A DNA stretch of 64,000 nucleotides, from the NCBI GenBank assembly GCA_030390025.1, contig CM059431.1:134728001-134792000 (forward strand), given 5' to 3'. The notes under the pieces are model-generated. The model made no database searches. It saw nothing but the letters and a program-made list of their open reading frames with translations, and was not told the DNA's origin. Below, piece after piece: positions 1 through 13,563 of the stretch. The stretch comes from Squalus acanthias. Lineage: Eukaryota. The position numbers and the translations under genes were made by a program. The first letter of the stretch is position 1; the number at the start of each line of letters is the position of its first letter.

Positions 1-66
1 TAATTCCCTATATTCAGCTTTTAGGACCTTATCCCGTTTTTTACCTATATCGTTGGTACCTATATG
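1..66 (-). mobile_element. CR1 LINE ORF1 (SGNH esterase) fragment
   Basis: Reverse complement reads HIGTNDIGKKRDKVLKAEYREL, homologous to ORF1 at 37967-38464. Confidence 0.8.
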
Positions 67-496
67 TGTGCTCAAACTCCCTGCAGCAGGGCTTCCAGGG
101 AGGAGTCGAAGAATCTGGGCGCTGTCTTCAAAAATCTTTCGGCAAAAAAATTTGGTATCAACCATTTTGTAGCGCTAACATCGCCTGGGCGCTAATTTTA
201 GCACCCGGTGCTAATTAGCGTCGCGACCGCAAAATTGAGTTTTTGCACCCCAAGAGGGAAGTGGAGCGCAAAATCAAGCGCTTCACACTTCTCTTAGGGC
301 ACTAACATCGCAGAGTGGGGCGCTACCTTCACAGCGCTAATCAAGTTCCGGCGTTGTCAATTAGAAAGTCGTTAGACAGGCTGGCACCTTCCAGTTCTTA
401 AAGGGGAGGTTCAATCATGCTGCACAGCCTCCTTCTGATCATTGCTGCTTGTGAACTGGGCCTGCAAGGAACTGCAAGCCTTTACTCAAAGAAGTC

Positions 497-2354
497 ATGG
501 CTGATCAGAGGTTCAGCGACCACGCCTTGGAGGCTCTGGTTGCGGCCATGGATCGCCGATGCCCAAACACTGGCTGGAGGCCATTGCCACAGGAGTTCAG
601 AAGGATGTGGCGGAAGGTTGCCCAGTACATCTCGGCCAGAAGCGTGGTCCAAAGGCATGCAGTCAGTGCCGCAAGAAGTTCAACGACCTCACTCGGGTGG
701 TCAGGGTAAGTACATGCTTCAAAAACCTCTACATCCAACCCTCTCAACTTCACTCTGTGCACACACAGTATAAACCGCCACATCCCCAACACTCACCCAC
801 CAACTATGCCCATCTACTAAAAGTGACATGCACATCTCACGCCTTGCATACATGAACAGCTATTCAACTATGGTAGGCACATCTGCCAAACACATGGCTG
901 CACACTCACTCACACGCTGTCCTTTTTCTAGCAGGCCAAGATTGCTCGTAACAGGAGGGAGCAGCTATGAACGGGAGGAGGTGAGGCGGACCTGCACCCC
1001 CTCAAACAGCTGGAGGAGTGAGTGCGCAGCATCATCGCGGCCCAGGTCGTGGGCGCTGTGGCAGTCAGAGAGTTCGACCCCCTTGGAGACAACAACAGTT
1101 CTTCACCGCTCCCTCTTCTCTCATACCACTTACCCCTCACAACACAAGCCTTTCCCACTTTCTATCTAAATATACTGTTTCCATTCCTTGCTCCCTGCCC
1201 CCCTCCCCTGATGTTAAACCCACTCTTGTGCCTTAATGCTTTCAGATAATCAGCCTGCATCTGACCAGCCTGTTCCTCAGCCTCCCAGTGGCAGCGGCGC
1301 GGGAGAGGAGGAGGAACACCAACTGGAGCCTCACTGCCTGTGTCTCCCGAGGGTGAGACATCCGATAATGGGGCCACGCGGTCGCTGGAGGGGAGCAGAG
1401 GAAATGGCTCTGATGTGGGTGAAGCTCCGGGACTCAGCGGGCTGCAGCAATGCCATGGGGAAAGGGAAGCTCGGGGGCCATCTCCCCGGAGGGTGAGTTC
1501 ACGCACGAGTTCTGCTGCACAGGACTCAGCTGAGGACCTCGATGTGGAGGCGATGACCACACAGGTGATGAGCATGCATACTGAGCTCATGGGTGCAATG
1601 GCAAGGGTGAGAGCATGGATGCACTGGCTAGGAGCGTGGAGGAGTCCGCCTCCAGCATTGCACTCAGCTCTGCGCAAACCATCGACCCCATCCTTGGCAC
1701 TTTGCAGAGGATGGTTGACTCACAGAAGACTGTGGGGACCCAGACCTCATGCCGCATGTCATGGGTGAGGTGGCAGCAGCTGTTGCAGCACAGGCCGAGG
1801 CAACGCAACGGCTTAGTACTGCAATGGAGTCAGTGGTTGGTGGTATCCAGTCTCAGACTGCTCTCATGCAGTCTCAGATTGATGCCACGCAAGCGCTGAA
1901 TGCTGCCATCGTCGCTGGGTCGCACACTGTCCACCTGGGATCTCATGGTGCCGCAGCAGGCCAGCAATCTGTGCTCGAACAGATTGCTCTGGATGCTGAG
2001 GTTCTGCCCTGGGGGAACGGCAGTGTGTCGGTCGAGCAGGAAGGTACTGTCCTCTCTCAGGATGACAGCATTCCTGCTCCCACCACTGCCACTCCGCCAT
2101 TGCACTTTCTGCAGCCTGTAACCCAGCCATCCCAGACTGCTGCCATCCATGCTGAGTTGGTGCAGTCTGCAGGCGGGCCTTCCAGGCCCAGAGTTGGTCG
2201 AGGACATCCTGCAAGGCCATCTGCAGCCTCTGGCTCCCAGACTCAGCAGCCTTCCGCCAGCCTTGCTGCAGCCACTGGGGCCACATTACGGGGGAACTGT
2301 AGGATTGGGAGGGGGGAATTGCAATGGGGAGGGAAATCATTGAAGAAGGCCTAG
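497..2354 (+). pseudogene. Harbinger Myb/SANT-like gene, 3 exons (about 497-705, 935-1095, 1246-2354), disrupted
   Basis: RFSDHALEALV...W...QCRKKFNDLTRVVR followed by gtaagt. Exon 2 reads AKIARNRREQL*TGGG. Contains stops and frameshifts. Confidence 0.8.
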
Positions 2355-2649
2355 TAAATAAAATGTTAATAGCAAATGGGGGGAGTATGTGTACAAAGTT
2401 GATGTGTTTGTAAATATATTGTTCAGTTTGGTAAGAAATAGTTCCGTTTGCTAAGAACCAGTTGTGTTTGTTCATAAATTGTTTATTATTAGTTGTGTTT
2501 GATAAGAGAGAGTTGTGTATAATAATAAATGTTTATTTTGACGTAGCAAATTTTGTGATGTTTCTCATTTGAGCTTTGCCTGGTGATAGGGGCTGCGAGT
2601 TGGCTGTAATGATATGGTTGTTCTGCGCAAATGCCGTGTGCTTTCTCAT

Positions 2650-3787
2650 TTATTGGAAGCGCTGTGTAATGAGGTGGTCACGAACGGCCCTTGCAGAACC
2701 AACATTGAGCGGCTCCCTCCTACATTGGTGCTGCTCCTCCTCCACTTCCTCCTCCTCCTCCGCATCCTCCTCCTCCTCTCCCTCTTCTTCCTCCTGAGGT
2801 GGACCTCCAATCCCTGGTGCCAATGGCTGGGCCCTCAGAATGGCCAGGTTGTGCAGCACACAACGATGAAAAGGGAGACTCGATCATGGGCGTACTGCAG
2901 GGCTCCTCCAGTGCGGTCAAGGCAGTGGAACCGTTGCTTTAGCACACCGATAGTCTGTTCGATCCGGTTCCTGGTGGCGCTATGGCTGTCATTGTATGCG
3001 TGCTGAGCTGGAGTGTTGTGGTTGCGGAGGGGTGTCATCAGCCAGGTGGCGAGTGATAACCCTTGTCTCTGAGCAGCCAGCCGTGAGCTTCATGTGATGG
3101 TTGGAACAGTGCTGGGACACCAGTCTGTCACAGGATGAAAACATTGTGGCTGCTGCCAGGATATCGGGCATTGACAGTCTGTGGTCGCACACCAACTGAA
3201 CGTTCAGAGAGTGGTAGCCTTTGCGGTTGCGGAACACCTCTGCATTGTGATGAGGTGCCCTCAATGCCACGTGGGTGCAGTCAATGGCGTCCTGAACTAA
3301 GGGGAAGTCCGCTATCCTTGCAAAGCCACATGAGCATTCATCCTGTTTCTCTCTGGTCATGGGGGAATGAGATGTACTCCCTTCTCCTTCTGTACAGAGC
3401 ATCTGTGACCTCCCGGATGCAGCAATGGACGGTGAACTATGAAATATTTGCAATATCCCCTGTTGAAGCTTGGAAGGAGCCGCTGGCGTAGAAATTGAGA
3501 GCGACTGTGACCTCAACTGCCACTGAGAGAGACGTCCTGGTCCTGAGCTGAGGCTGGAGTTCTGGCTGCAGGAGGTGGTAGAGCTCTGTGACCACCTTCT
3601 CGCTAAAGCGGAGCCTCTAAGGCACTGCTCCTCTGACAGATGAATGTAGGAGAAATGCTCCCGGGAGGGTAAGGCCTCTGTTGAGAGTCCTGTTGTCAGT
3701 CCTCCCTCTGGCCACGTTTTCCAATCTTTCTCTCTGCCTCCGACGGTGAAGCTGGAGGGCGAGGTCCCGTGCCAGTACAGCCCCCAT
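2650..3787 (-). pseudogene. Harbinger DDE transposase (HARBI1-like) pseudogene
   Basis: Fragments [27 protein letters not shown] and TRNRIEQTIGVLKQRF lie in different frames. Confidence 0.9.
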
Positions 3788-5084
3788 TAAGTGTTGGAAA
3801 TGTTGCAGTCAGACAAATGAACCTGATCATTTTTCTCAGGAGCAAAACTCCTTCAAGCAGGAAAACCTGAAATGGGTCAAAACGCCTGTCTGCTTCTGTC
3901 AAAGTGACAAGGCTGCATTGTTTGCCGACAAAAAAACCCAGGAAGTGCACGCCTTTAAATAACGTTCCTGCAGCTCCCAGCTGACTGCCAGCCGCCTCCT
4001 CTACCTGTCGTTGCTAACAGCAGGCGCTGAAAATGAATTTCTGGTCCGGGGCGCTACTGGGGCGATGCGCAGCTGGATGACGTAACGATCTCCGGGCGCA
4101 GGAGATCATGGCGGTCGTGTTTAGCGCCACTGCAAACCGCCAGGTGAATTTTGCCGGCAGCGCTAACATTGCCGTGCCCGGGAGGCGCTAACCAACCGAA
4201 TTTCTCCCTCAAAATTTAATGTGGCCAGGGTCCCTTTAAGGATCCCGGCTTAAAACGCGTCATGAATGATGTCACCAGACTCGCTCCATCTCATTGGGCC
4301 GGGTAACGCGCTGGGTGGGCTTAATAGGCTCTATTAAGGTAAGTTCATTTTCTACAGCGGGATGGAGCCAGTAGCGGGGTCGTGACCTGCCACGGACACC
4401 AAGGTAAGGAAAATTCCAAGTGTAGTTTTCAAGTGAAACAGGGTTAGAGGACAGAAGACAATTGGACTAGTACATGTAGATGTAATTTTGTTGCCATTTT
4501 AAAGTCATACATTTTGATCTTATTTTTATCTTTCCTTTATACGTTATGTCCATATTTATAATGGAAAATGCCTATGTAAACTTGTCACACTGTAATTACA
4601 CCCTCCTGCAAGTGGAAGAGTATGTAATTACAATGTGTCAAGTTTACATAGCCAGTTTCCATTTCAATGGACATAGGAAATTAGAATGGAAACAAATGAC
4701 AGAAAATGTAATATTTGTAGTATTACACTAGTTAATCCCATTACAACGGGGAGTCAAAACCAAAGATAGTCTTCAAGTTAAGTGGGATTACAGGGTGGCA
4801 GATAACTGGACCAGGGCATGCAGCTATAATTCAATCCCCATTTTAAAGTTCTGCATTCTCACATCTGTATTTCCAATATAAATTCCTATGCCTGCATTTA
4901 TAAAGGAAACTACCCATCTAAAATTGACATTCTCTGTCAGTGGTGGTACGTCTTCATGCCCCCTGCTAACCTCTCTTCAGTATGTACTGCTTTAGCTGCA
5001 GGTAGGCAACTCACTATCTTATAGGTGTTGTCTTTACGATACGCATGGCTATCCACTTTCCGAAGCAAAGACTTCCCTACGACT

Positions 5085-5778
5085 GGAACCTGGGGGTGCA
5101 TATTCACAAATCCTTGAAGGTGGCAGGGCAAGTTGTTAAGACAGTTAAGAAAGCGAATGGGATACTTGGCTTTGTAAATAGGGGCGCTGAATACAAAAAC
5201 AAGGAAGTCTTGTTAAACCTTTAGAAATCACTGGTTAGGCATCAGACTAACAATCCTGGGCACCGCACTTTAGGAAGGATGTCAAGGCCCTGGAGAAAGT
5301 GCAGAGGAGGTTTACCAGGATGATACCAGTGATGAGGGGGTTCAGTTCTGTGGAGAGATTGGGGAAGCTGGGATTGTTCTCCTTAGAGCAGAGAAGATTA
5401 AGGGAGACCTAATAGAGATATTCCAAATTATGAGGGCTTTTGAAAGAGCAAACAGGGAGAAACTGTCTCCTCTGACAAGTGGGTTGGTAACCAGAGGTGA
5501 CAGATTTAACATAATTGGCAAAAGAACTCGAGGGGAAATGAGGAGAAATTATTTCACAGAGGATTATGATGATCTGGAACGCACTACCTGAAAGGGTGGT
5601 AGAATCAGATTCCATTGGTACTTTCAAAAGGCAATTGGACATGTACTTGAAGATAACTAATTTGCAGGGTTACAGGGAAAAAGCTGGGGTGTGGGATTAA
5701 ATTGTACTGCTCTTTCAAAGAGCCGGCACAGGCACGACGGGCCAAATGGCCCCCTCTGTGCTGTAAGATTCAATGACT
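5085..5778 (+). mobile_element. CR1 LINE 3' fragment
   Basis: Decayed ORF2 C-terminus (VQRRFTRMIP, LFSLEQRRLRGDLI) plus CR1 3' UTR. Confidence 0.85.
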
Positions 5779-6234
5779 GCAATCTCTCTGCTGGCCATAA
5801 CAAACGGAACCAAAATACGTGCAATGGAGATGGCCAATACCAATCTTTCCAAAGCCAAGGTGGAATAAAGGATTATGCAGCTGTATCAGAACTGTAATGT
5901 CAGATGCCAAGTCTTATAATTGCTGACATGAGACAAATCTTTCCATAAAGCATGCTGTCCTCATCCAAGGGCGTCCTAGAACTAATTCGAGATTTATGTA
6001 ATTTGAAAGCATTAACTGAAATAGGTACTTCAAGAGAATTGAGAGAGCCAAAACAACAATGTCTAATGTTCCATCTGGAGCCCAAGCATAGACTGATTAT
6101 GTAAAGACATGTTTGGAATAATGAATATCAATTATGAGAACAGTATGTCAACAAACACTTAAAGGTGTCAATTGAACAGCAGAAGCTTTTTCAAATAAAA
6201 TTTTAAAGAGAGTAATAGAAGAGCATTCGGGCAA

Positions 6235-7382
6235 TTTATTTTATTAATTTGTTCATGGGATGTGGGCATCGCTGGCAAGGGCAGCATTTATTGCCCATCC
6301 CAAATTGGTCTTGAGAAGGTGCTGATGAGCCGCCTTCTTGAACTGCTGCAGTCCGTGTGGTGAAGGTACTTCCACAGTGCTGTTAGGTAGGGAGTTCCAG
6401 GATTTTGACCCAGCGACGATGAAAGATCAGCGATATACTTCCAAGTCAGGATGGTGTGTGACTTGGAGGGTACTTGGAGGTGGTGGTGTTCCCATGCGCC
6501 TGCTGCCCTTGTCCTTCTAGGTGGAAGAGGTCGCGGGTTTGGGAGGTATTGCTGAAGAAGTCTTGGCGAGTTGCTGCAGTGCATCTTGTAGATGGTACAC
6601 ACTGCAGCAACGGTGTGCCGGTGGTGGAGGGAGTGAATGTTTAAGGTGGTAGATGTGGTGCCAATCAAGCGGGCTGCTTTGTCCTGGATGGTGTCGAGCT
6701 TCTTGAGTGTTGTTGGAGCTGCACTCATCCAGGCAAGTGGAGAGTATTCCATTACACTCCTGACTTGTGCCTTGTAATGGTGGAAAGGCTTTGGGGAGTC
6801 AGGATGTGAGAAGAATACCCAGCCTCTGACCTGCTCTTGTAGCCACAGTATTTATGTGGCTGGTCCAGTTAAGTTTCTGGTCAATGGTGACCCCCCAGGA
6901 TGTTGATGGTAGGGGATTTGGCGATGGTAAAGCCATTGCTTGTCAAGGGGAGGTGGTTAGATGGTCATTGCCTGGCACTTCTGTGGCGCGAATGTTACTT
7001 GCTATTTATCAGCCCAAGCCTGAATGTCGTCCACGTCTTGCTACATGCAGGCATGGACTGCTTCATTATCTGAGGAGCTCCGATTGGAACTGAACATTGT
7101 GCAATCATCAGCGAACATCCCCACTTCTAACCTTGTGATGGAGGGAACGTCATTGATGAAGCAGCTGAAGATGGTTGGGCCTAGGACACTGCCTAATTGG
7201 CTGGATTGGATTTGTCCTGCTTTTTGTGGACAGGACATACCTGGGCAATTTTCCACATTGTCGGGTAGATGCCAGTGTTGTAGCTGTACTGGAACAGCTT
7301 ACCTAGAGGCGCGGCTAGTTCTGGAGCACAAGTCTTCAGCACGACAGCTGGGATGTTGTCGGGGCCCACAGCCTTTGCTTTG
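6235..7382 (-). mobile_element. LINE 3' portion (RT C-terminus, second CR1/jockey-group family)
   Basis: GSVLGPTIFSCFIND...MFADD and MEYSPLAWMSAAPTTLKKLDTIQDKAARLI, with an A-rich tail. The same 3' end recurs at about 16750-16815 and 53935-54118. Confidence 0.85.
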
Positions 7383-7583
7383 AGATATATAGGATGAAGT
7401 GCTAAGTTTTTTTAGAACATTATTTTTTATTTTTAATAACAGGAATGCTCTCGTTCAAAAAAAACTTGTTTCTTAAATATGTACATAAAATAAGTAATTA
7501 ATTTGTTAAAACCAGATGTATCCCTTGCCTTAAAAAAGATTGTAACAGCATACGGAATGAACTCCACTATACTGCAAATCATT

Positions 7584-8224
7584 GGGGGAAAAATTGAGTT
7601 GCGCCGCCTTAGCGCCCCGAAAAAATTAGCACCCCCGTGGCCGAAATTCATCGGTAGTGCCCCAAGAGGGAAGCAGGGCGCTACTGGAAGCGCCATGCCA
7701 CCCTCTTGGGGGGCTGCGAGGGAATATCGCGGCGCTCTGTGCTGCAGCGTGGTACTGCAGGCCTTCGGGGAGGGGCCTTGCGCAGCGCAACCCGGGGCCT
7801 AGCTGGGCCACCAGGGATCGGAGTGCCGGCAAAAGAGCCCGGCACTCGAGAGAAGTGCCGGGCTCACGGAGCGCAGCCAACACTCTGCAGGGGGGCTGTT
7901 CAGGAGGCCGGGGACGGCAACGGGGGCAGGTGCTGGCAGGCGGCCAGCAACAAAAATGGCCGCCCAGCACTTCGCCTTTAATTAGCGCTGCCCCGGCCGC
8001 AGGTAGGCCCCCCTGACCCCGTCGGACATAGCGTCCGGCGGTAAGTCAGGGGGCGCTACCGAAGATCGTGGCCGGGTGCGAGCGGGGCGCTGCGCAGGGC
8101 AATGACATCATTGCCGGCAGCGCAGCGCCGCAGGGCATTAACGGTTACCGCCGCCGCTAACCTCCCGCTGAATTTCGCTTTTAGGGCGCTAACAGGAGGC
8201 GTAAACCAACCGAATTTTTAGGCC
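7584..8224. mobile_element. Harbinger MITE (family A)
   Basis: TIR gggggaaaaatt / aatttttaggcc, TSD ATT/ATT. Homologous to 21071-21831. Confidence 0.88.
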
Positions 8225-8496
8225 ATTATCTCTCTTCTTCCTCCCACCCCAAATCAAAATGATTCGGAATTCACCATCATAGGTTCTACTACTCCAACAG
8301 CCAGTAATGCCTGCAGGTTTACTGCACTGCTAGATCATGTAAGACACTGTTCAGGGATGATTAATTTTACAGAAGATAAGGAATGGGGTTTCACTTCCAT
8401 CATATCTAAGTCTCTGTACCCATTATCAGATTAACAGTGATCTGATAACAAAAAATCCATATAATTAACTTAATATCTTTATTTTGCAATACATAC

Positions 8497-8616
8497 CAAA
8501 TTGAAAAAGTTGCGCCGAATTTGTCGTATAACACCAGGGAAGGTTGGTCGCAATAATTCTTGATAACTTGATGGCCAAGAACGGTACTTTTGGTCCCTTT
8601 CCAGGTCATTGATCCA
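8497..8616 (-). CDS. UGGT2: UGGT coding exon, 120 nt: WINDLERDQKYRSWPSSYQELLRPTFPGVIRQIRRNFFNL
   Basis: Acceptor ttgttttag and donor gtatgt, phase 0/0. WINDLE and IRRNFxNL are as in UGGT2. Flanking exons were not found and presumably lie outside the window. Confidence 0.93.
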
Positions 8617-9299
8617 CTAAAACAAAAAGAAACAGGACAGTAAATATGCTCAAGATCCACTAATACAGTTGTTTCAATGAAACTCTCAATATTGGACGGT
8701 TAATAATTTTAGGGGAGGGAAATTAGTGGGAACAGGCGTTCCAGATTGTTCCATGCATTTCTTGGTAACCCAGCCCAGCATCACATTGGCAGAAGCCTTG
8801 TTTAGATGACCTGCCTGCTCCACTGGTCAGAGAAGGGTGCAAGGTGTGAAAGGGGCTCCTAAAGTTACATATATGCCAAACAGGGTATGGGTAGCAGGTT
8901 TTCTTCTCTGTAGGATGTTAGTTAACCAGTTGGGTTTTCATAACAATCCTAGAACTTTTGTGGTTATTTTTCTGGTGCTAGCTCACAATTTATCAGATTT
9001 ATTGAATTCAATGTCATAATTTACCATGGTTCGATTTACACACATGGGGATCATTTTCAACTTCAGTGCCTGGGTGGTAACTTGGCAAAGCAGAACACCA
9101 GTCATTGTGGAAACTGCCTGATTTTCATCCAATTGAAATTAATCTACTCCAGCTAAATGCTGAGCTGACAGCATCTCATGATCCAGGTGCCTAATACTAA
9201 CAATTACATTTTGAGAAATGTAACAGGAAAGAGTGCTCTCCACCTCCCACCAGCACCAAAGAACAGTCAATTAGTACTATTTGGTAAAAAGAGGCTTTC

Positions 9300-10229
9300 G
9301 AATCATAGAAATTTACAGCACAGAAGGAGGCAATTTGGCCCATCGTGTCTGTGCCGGCTGTAAAAGAGCTATCCCGCCTAATCCCACTTTCCAGCTCTTG
9401 GTCCATATTCTTGTAGGTTATGGCATTTCAAGTGCATATCCAAGTACTTTTTAAATGTGTTGAGGGTTTCTGCCTCTACCACCCTTTCAGGCAGTGAGTT
9501 CCAGACCCCACCACCCTCTGGGTGAAAAAGGTTCTCCTCAACTTCCCTCTAATCCTGCTTTCAATTACTTTAAATCTATGGCCCCTGGTTATTGACCTCT
9601 CTGCTAAGGGAAGTAAGTCCTTCCTATCTAGGCCCCTCATAATTTTATACACTGCAATTAAGTCTCCCCTCAGCCTCCTCTGCTCTAAAGTAAACAACCC
9701 CAGCCTATGCAATCTTACCTCGTAGCTAAAATTCTCCAGTCATGGCAACATCCTTGTAAATCTCCTCTGTACCTTCGCTAGTGCAATCACATCTTTCCTG
9801 TAGTGTGGTGACCAGAACTGCACGCAATATTCCAGCTGTGGCATAACCACTGTTTTATACAGTTCAAGCATAACCTCTCTGTTCTTATATTCTATGCCTC
9901 GGTTAATAAAGGAAAGTATCCCGCATGCCTTCTTAACCACCTTATCTACCTGTCCTGTTACCTTCAGGATCAGTGGACATGCACTCCAAGGTCCCTCTGT
10001 TCCTCTACGCTTCTTAGTATCCTACCATTTATTGTGTATTCCCTTGCCTTGTTAGTCCTCCCCAAATGCATTATCTCACACTTCTCCAGATTGAATTCCA
10101 TTTGCCACTTTTCTGCCCACCTGACCAGTCCATTGATATCTTCCTGCAGTCTACAGCTTTCTTCCTCACTATCAACCACATGGCCAATTTTTGTATCATC
10201 TGCAAACTTCTTAATCATGCCCCCTACAT
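9300..10229 (-). mobile_element. CR1 LINE 3' fragment
   Basis: KFADDTKIG and LEYCVQFWSPHY motifs, 3' UTR with ttctatga tail. Confidence 0.9.
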
Positions 10230-10655
10230 TGCTAATCATAGCCCTTGCCACCCAGTAGCCACGCTCTAGTTTGCCGGTGTCTCAAATGCAAATGGGACAG
10301 CGGACTGCCGCAGAATGAAGGCATCATGACTGCTGCCAGGATATTGGGCATTGAGCTGCATGATTCACTTCGTATGGTCACACACCAGCACATGTTGAGG
10401 GAGTAGAATTCCTTTCGGTTGTGGAGTTGACGCGCGGCGCTCGCAAAGCGACTTGCGTGCAGTTAATGGCACCCTGCACCATGGGGAAGCCTGCAATCCT
10501 CGCGAAGCTGTGTGCTCGCTCCGCCTGCTGGTCTCCGGCAAGAGAAAATGAAATGTATTCAGCTCTCTTGGAATACAGAGACCTCCCTTATGCAACAGTG
10601 GACGGCAAACTGGGAGATGTTGCAAATATCACCTGCTCCAGCCTGGAAGGAACCC
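10230..10655 (-). pseudogene. Harbinger transposase internal fragment
   Basis: Minus strand reads FARIAGFPMVQGAINCTQVALRAP, homologous to 59012-60163. Confidence 0.8.
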
Positions 10656-11243
10656 GACACCTAAATGTTTATGGACACAGTGGGAACAGTGATCACAGTA
10701 TCATAAGGTTTAGATTAGCTATGGAAAAGGACAAGGAGCAACCTAGAGAGATTGGGGAGAGATAGAAAGAGGGACTGGGGAGAGAGAGAGAGAACAATCT
10801 AGAGTAAAAATACTTAATTGAAGGAGGACCAATTTCAGTGTGTTGAGAGCAGATCCGGCCCGGGTAAATCGGCCTCTTACACTGTTCCAACGAGGCTCAA
10901 CGTAAGCTCGTGGAACAGCACCTCATCTTTTGATTAGACATTTACAGCCTTCTGGACCCAACATCGAGTTCAACAATTTCAGATCATAACCTCTGGCCCC
11001 ATTTTTTCAGATGGCAGCTGTTGATGATACTGCCATTCCCATTTACACCTCTTCTAGACTCATCTTTTGTTTTTTAACTTGTCCCATTACTATCTCCTTT
11101 TGCCTTGCACCATCATCCTTTTTGTGTTTTAATCTCTCCTGTCTTCCACCTGATCACAGACCATCACTTTTGTTCTTTCCTCCCCTCCCCCCTTCCCCTG
11201 CCCCTGCACTTGCTTAAAATCTGTTACATCTCGAACTTTTTCC

Positions 11244-11273
11244 AGTTCTGACGAAAGGTCATCGACCTGAAAC
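11244..11273 (+). ncRNA. Minimal type I hammerhead ribozyme motif, interrupted at the cleavage triplet
   Basis: AGTT CTGACGA A AGGTC atc GACCT GAAAC, followed by the MITE insertion. Confidence 0.7.
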
Positions 11274-11276
11274 CTA

Positions 11277-12078
11277 GGGGCTGATTTTATCAATGGGGAC
11301 GTGATGGAGGCGGGACTGCTGTTTGTTGGGTTTTAGTCCCGCCTCCATTGACGTCTGGCCAACCCACACTATTTTCCCCTGATTGACCTTGTAAAGCCTG
11401 CCAATTAAGGGAAAGCCAGTGACAGAGAACGTCAGTGTATGACATTTCATCTGTCAAGATTTTTTGACAGATGAATTGTCATCGTTTGACAGCTCTGTGA
11501 AGCTGTCAAACACTGACAATCTGGCTTCTAAGTTGAGTCCTTTACTGAAGACTAATTAAAAAGCTTTCCAGAGCAAAAAGCAGAAGGCTGCTGCATTTAA
11601 GAATGCAGCGGCCATTCTGCTTTCTCTACCAATGAGATGAGGCAGCTCCGCAGCCTAAAGGGATGAAGCCTGGAGGAAGAAGCAAAGGTAAGTAATCTTA
11701 TTACAACATTCTACACTCACCTCACACACTTACCTCTCCACACTTGCACTCATCACTCACCTGCACACTGGACATTTCGGCCCCTCCGACCCCCGCAGAC
11801 CCATGGCTCGCCTCGCTGACCCTGGCGAGGTTCAGAGCTGTCGGAAAGCCCACACTTTAGGGGGCAAAATAGGGATTAGCCAAAAAACTGCCTGTTAACT
11901 ACCTGTTAACAGGCAGTTAATTGGCACTAATCCTCTTCCCGCCTCGAGGTACCCGCCTCCTGGGAAGATGGCACGGAGGTGGGTTGGGGGCAGGATGGGT
12001 ACCCACTCACAGATTCTGCCATTTTCCCGGCAGTCCCGCCTCCATACCCGCCTCCCCAGGGCTGGCAAAATCGCCCCC
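11277..12078. mobile_element. Harbinger-type MITE (family C)
   Basis: TIR ggggctgatttt / aaaatcgccccc. Homologous to 12747-13563 and 46010-46827. TSD degenerate (CTA/GCT). Confidence 0.82.
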
Positions 12079-12187
12079 GCTAACTCTGTTTCTCTCTCCA
12101 CAGATGCTGCCTGACCTGCTGAGTATTTCCAGCCTTTTCTGCTTTTGTTTCAAATTTCCAGCATCCGCAGTGCTTTGCTTTTGTATT

Positions 12188-12610
12188 AGAGAAGCTGGGG
12201 TTCTTCTCCTTGGAGCAGAGAAGGTTGAGAGGAGATCAGATAGAGGTGTTCAAAATCATGATGGGTCTACACAGAGTAGATAGAGAGAAACTGTTCCCAC
12301 TAGCAGAAGGGTCGAGAACCAGAGGACACAGATTTAAGGTGATTGGCAAAAGAACCAAAGACGACACAAGGAAAAACTTTTTTATGCAGCGAGTTGTTAG
12401 GATCTGGAATGCAATGCCTGAAAGGGTGCTGGAGGCAGACTCAATTGTGGCTTTCACAAGGGAGTTGGATAAGTACCTGAAGGAAAAAAATTTGCAGGGC
12501 TACGGGGCAAGGGCAGTGGAGTGGGACTAGCTGAAGTGCTCTTGCAGAGAGCCGGCATGTGCTCGACGGGCCGAATGGCCTCCTTCTGTGCTGTAACCAT
12601 TCTATGATTA
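12188..12610 (+). mobile_element. CR1 LINE 3' fragment
   Basis: EQRRLRGD..EVFKIM...NFFMQRVVRIWN plus 3' UTR. Confidence 0.9.
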
Positions 12611-12746
12611 CTACATCTACCTTTATCAGTGCAGATTTCTTACAATATACGTGTTAGAGGCTAAAAAAAATTTCTTTAATGGTTTTCATCTGCTTGTTTT
12701 TGTGAGTAAATATTAAAACAGATTCTGATACATTAGTTGACTCTAA

Positions 12747-13563
12747 GGGGGTGATTTTGCCAATGGGGATGTTTTGGAGGCGGGACTGCTGCTTGTCGGG
12801 TTTTAGTCCTGCCTCCATCGACGTCCGGCCAACCCACGCTATTTTCCCTTGATTAGCAGGCCAATTAAGGGAAAGCTGGTTACAGGTGACGTCAGCGAGT
12901 GATGTTTCATCTGTCAAGAGCTTTTGACAAATGAATTATCATCGTTTTGAGAGCTCTGTGAAGCTGTCAAACACTGACAATCTGTCTTCTAAGTTGAGAC
13001 CTGGGACACAGGCTCAGTTAGAGATCTTCCTGAGCAGAAAGCAGAAGGCTGATTTATTTGAGAATGCAGCGGCCATTCTGCTTTCTCTGCCGATGAGATG
13101 AGGGACTCCCGAGATCTGAAGGGTTGAAGTCTGGAGGAAGAAGCAAAGGTAAGTAAAGCTTTTAAAACACTTAAGACTCACCTCACACACTTACCTCTTC
13201 ACACATGCACCCATCACTCACCTGCACAACGGACATCTTGGCCTCTCCGACCCCCGCAGACCCACGGCTCGCCTCGCTGATCCTGGCGAGGTTTGGAGCC
13301 GTTGGGAAGCCCACACTTTAGGGCTCAAAATAAGGATTATCCAAAAAACTGCCTGTTAACTACCTTTTAACAGGCAGTTAATTGGCACTAATCACCTTCC
13401 CGCCTCGAGGAGGCGGCTCCGAGCGCGGGTCGGGTACCCACCTCCTGGGAAGATGGCACAGAGGTGGGTTGGAGGCGGGATGGGTACCCGCCCCCAGAAT
13501 CTGCCATTTTCCCGGCAGTCCCGCCTCCTTACCCGCCTCCCCAGGGCTGGCAAAATCGCCCCC
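12747..13563. mobile_element. Harbinger-type MITE (family C)
   Basis: TIR gggggtgattttgcca / tggcaaaatcgccccc. TSD imperfect. Confidence 0.85.

Larger units (their letters stand above)
141..4210 (+). mobile_element. Decayed PIF/Harbinger transposon (family A)
   Basis: Convergent Myb and transposase pseudogenes. Right end aatttctccctc resembles the family TIR. Left end ggcaaaaaaatt is degenerate and there is no matching TSD. Colinear with 56536-60678. Confidence 0.85.
10870..12187 (+). mobile_element. Penelope-like element 3' remnant (GIY-YIG C-terminus plus hammerhead region), split by the MITE at 11277-12078
   Basis: NEAQRKL.EQHLIF...NIEFNNFRS* tail, then the CTGACGA...GAAAC motif. Continues after the MITE as taactctgtttctctctccacagatgctgcc. 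Confidence 0.8.

Noticed and set aside
4941..5001. Plus-strand AG...GT exon-like segment (WWYVFMPPANLSSVCTALAA)
   Set aside because: Opposite strand to UGGT2, no partner exons and no recognisable homology.
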